NCBI GenBank assembly: GCA_049472315.1
Contig: JBLIRN010000061.1
Span: 1 to 16,252, forward strand
Source: a bacterium
GTDB lineage: Bacteria > SZUA-182 > DTGQ01 > JAFGSM01
DNA: 16,252 bases
Direction: 5' to 3'
Positions within the stretch are counted from its first letter, which is position 1, and each line of letters opens with the position of its first letter. A program made the translations under genes and the position numbers. This document shows, piece after piece, positions 14,162-16,252 of the stretch. The notes below the pieces were generated by a model. That model did no database searches. It had not been told where the DNA came from and saw only the letters and a program-made list of their open reading frames with translations.

Positions 14162-16252
14162 GAAGATTCAGGTAACCTCGGAGCTCTCCCGCGAGCTTTC
14201 CCTCTTTCACATCACCATGATGGGGATGGGGATGATGATCGGGGCCGGAGTGTTTCTCGGCCTGGGCAATTCCATTTTCGTGTCCGGGCCCGGCGGGGCG
14301 ATGCTCACCTTTACCCTCAATGGCGTCCTCGCCATATTCACGGCCCTGGCCTATGCGGAGCTGAGCTCCGCCATCCCCAGGGCGGGCGGCGCCTACAATT
14401 ACGCACGCATCGGGTTCGGAAGGGGCACCAGCTTTGTTGCTGGCTGGTTCGAATGGTTCGCCTCGACCGTTGCAGGAAGCCTCTATGCGGTCACCTTCGC
14501 CATTTACATGGTGCGCTATCTGCAGGTGCTCGGATTCCTGGGGTGGGTTCCCTTCTCCATTCCGGTCACCGAGAAGATCGTTTGCGTGCTCATCGCCTTC
14601 TTTTTTCTTGCCATCAATTACCGGGGCGCGTCGGAGACCGGGAAGGTCGGCGCCTTCTTCACACTGGGACAGACCATTATTCTTCTCGTCATCGGCGCCG
14701 TGGGTATTCTGGTGGCCATACGGGATCCATCACGGTTGCAGAATTTCTCCCCCTTCCTTCCGCACGGATGGTCAAAGCTTCTCATCACCATGGGATTCAC
14801 CTATGTGGCCTTCGAGGGGTACGAGGTGATCGCCCAGACCGGGGATGAGGCGATCGAACCTAAGAAGAACCTGCCGAAGGCAATGATCTATTCGGTGTTC
14901 GTGGTCACCCTGACCTATGCGGCAGTGTCCTTCGCAACAGTGGTGGCGGTGAAGGCGGGGTCCCCCGGGGTGGTCGGCGCCCCCTGGCAGTGGATCGGAC
15001 AGTTCAGGGAAAGGGGATTCGGAGAGGCAGTAGCCCGATTGATGCCCATGGGAAACCTGCTTCTCACGCTTGCAGTCATATTCGCCTCCACTTCGGCATT
15101 GAATGCCACGATCTATTCCGCAACCCGGGCGTCGTTCGCCCTGGGGAGGGATTCCATGCTCCCCGGCTTTTTCGCCCGTATCTCGCGCAAGCGAAAGACC
15201 CCCTGGGTGGCCCTGGCCATCACCGGGGCCATATTGATCCTCGTGGCCACTGCGCTTCCCACCATCGATGTGGCATCGAGCGCGAGCATTATGTTTCTCC
15301 TGCTCTTTTTCATGGTGAATCTCTGCGTGGTAAAGATCAGGTTCAACATGAGCGATGAGCTTGAGTACGGGTTCGTGATGCCGTTCTTCCCCCTGTTTCC
15401 CGTGATCGCCATCATATGCCAGGTGATTCTCGCCGCATGGCTCGTGCACATGAGCCTGATTGCCTGGATCATTGCGCCTGCCTGGACGATTGCGGGCATT
15501 GCCATATACCATTTCTATGCAAAGGGCCATGCAAAGGCCACCGCCGAGGAGATCCAGGTGCTCGAGGAGGAGAAGGCGCCCGAGGGCGAAGGATACAAGG
15601 TGATGGTGGCGGTGGCCAACCCGCGGAATTCGCTCGAACTGGTGCGCACCACCTACAAGATCTGTAAGGCGAAGTATGCCCGGATCGAGTTGCTGCACAT
15701 GGTGGAGGTGCCTGAACAGTTGCCCCTGTCCGATGCGAAGGAGTACATGCTCGAGGGCAAGGAGGCAATCGTCGAGGCCATGCTCTACCTGATATTCCTC
15801 TTTCCCATCAGCACCACCATCCGCTACTGCAGGAACATTGCCCGGGGCATTGTGAGCGCGATCAGGGAAAAGAAGACGGACATGCTCATCATGGGGTGGC
15901 ACGGTCAGACCAGGACCTATGGATTCAAACTGGGGAGCACCGTGGACCCCATCATCGAGCGCTCGCCCTGCAACGTTGTGATCGTGAAGAATTGCTGCCA
16001 GCAGCGGTTCGAACGGATCCTCGTGCCGGTCATCGGAGGACCCAACAGTGCGTTCGCCCTGGAGATCGCCTCCATCCTCGCACGGGAGGACGACGGGAGG
16101 ATCTGTGCATTCACCGTCCAGGACGGGAAGGACCGATTCGATCTGGATGGCTTTTTGGCGGCGAACAATGAGAGGATCCAGCTACCACCGGAACGGGTGG
16201 AGGCGCGGACCGTTAACCACCAAAGCCCGGTTGAGGCGATCCTCGAAGAGTC
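14154..16252 (+). CDS. APC-superfamily amino acid permease with C-terminal tandem universal stress protein (USP) domains (partial, runs off the window)
   Basis: Absent from the ORF track because it has no stop in the window. Manual translation gives MDEKIQVTSELSRELSLFHITMMGMGMMIGAGVF..YAELSSAIPRAGGAYNY..VAFEGYEVIAQTGDEAIEPKKNLPKA..RDSMLPGFFARISRKRKTPWVAL. It continues YKVMVAVANP..LLHMVEVP..DMLIMGWHG..LGSTVDPIIERSPCNVVIVK (USP1) and ERILVPVIGGPNSAFALEIA (USP2). Confidence 0.93.
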   Translation, partial: MDEKIQVTSELSRELSLFHITMMGMGMMIGAGVFLGLGNSIFVSGPGGAMLTFTLNGVLAIFTALAYAELSSAIPRAGGAYNYARIGFGRGTSFVAGWFEWFASTVAGSLYAVTFAIYMVRYLQVLGFLGWVPFSIPVTEKIVCVLIAFFFLAINYRGASETGKVGAFFTLGQTIILLVIGAVGILVAIRDPSRLQNFSPFLPHGWSKLLITMGFTYVAFEGYEVIAQTGDEAIEPKKNLPKAMIYSVFVVTLTYAAVSFATVVAVKAGSPGVVGAPWQWIGQFRERGFGEAVARLMPMGNLLLTLAVIFASTSALNATIYSATRASFALGRDSMLPGFFARISRKRKTPWVALAITGAILILVATALPTIDVASSASIMFLLLFFMVNLCVVKIRFNMSDELEYGFVMPFFPLFPVIAIICQVILAAWLVHMSLIAWIIAPAWTIAGIAIYHFYAKGHAKATAEEIQVLEEEKAPEGEGYKVMVAVANPRNSLELVRTTYKICKAKYARIELLHMVEVPEQLPLSDAKEYMLEGKEAIVEAMLYLIFLFPISTTIRYCRNIARGIVSAIREKKTDMLIMGWHGQTRTYGFKLGSTVDPIIERSPCNVVIVKNCCQQRFERILVPVIGGPNSAFALEIASILAREDDGRICAFTVQDGKDRFDLDGFLAANNERIQLPPERVEARTVNHQSPVEAILEE

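Noticed and set aside
14772..15902. 376-aa minus-strand ORF and other antisense ORFs within tamB, omp85 and the permease
   Set aside because: Shadows of well-supported plus-strand genes with no independent motifs.

Overview
Chromosomal window from a GC-rich diderm bacterium; the gene content suggests Deltaproteobacteria/Desulfobacterota, which is an inference. The minus strand carries polA (5' part, running off the window), the 23S rRNA m5U1939 methyltransferase rlmD and a tight three-gene operon. That operon encodes (i) a Soj/ParA ATPase fused to a C-terminal AMPK-beta-type CBM48 glycogen-binding domain, (ii) a degenerate MinD/FlhG-like pseudo-ATPase with a ParB-like 'KKRKLGRSL' N-terminus and (iii) an apparently inactivated NucS-like PD-(D/E)xK-fold protein. 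Its near-consensus sigma70 promoter is overlapped by a tandem pair of NrdR-box-like sites. The plus strand carries a non-canonical PII-like protein, yjbQ, a ~270 bp nested palindromic element, tamB followed by an Omp85 with about six POTRA repeats, a 51-aa single-TM ORF and an APC amino-acid permease with tandem USP domains (running off the window). The best candidate for an undescribed system is the ParA-CBM48 operon, possibly a nucleoid-guided positioning system for glycogen granules. All calls come from reading motifs by eye; no searches were run.
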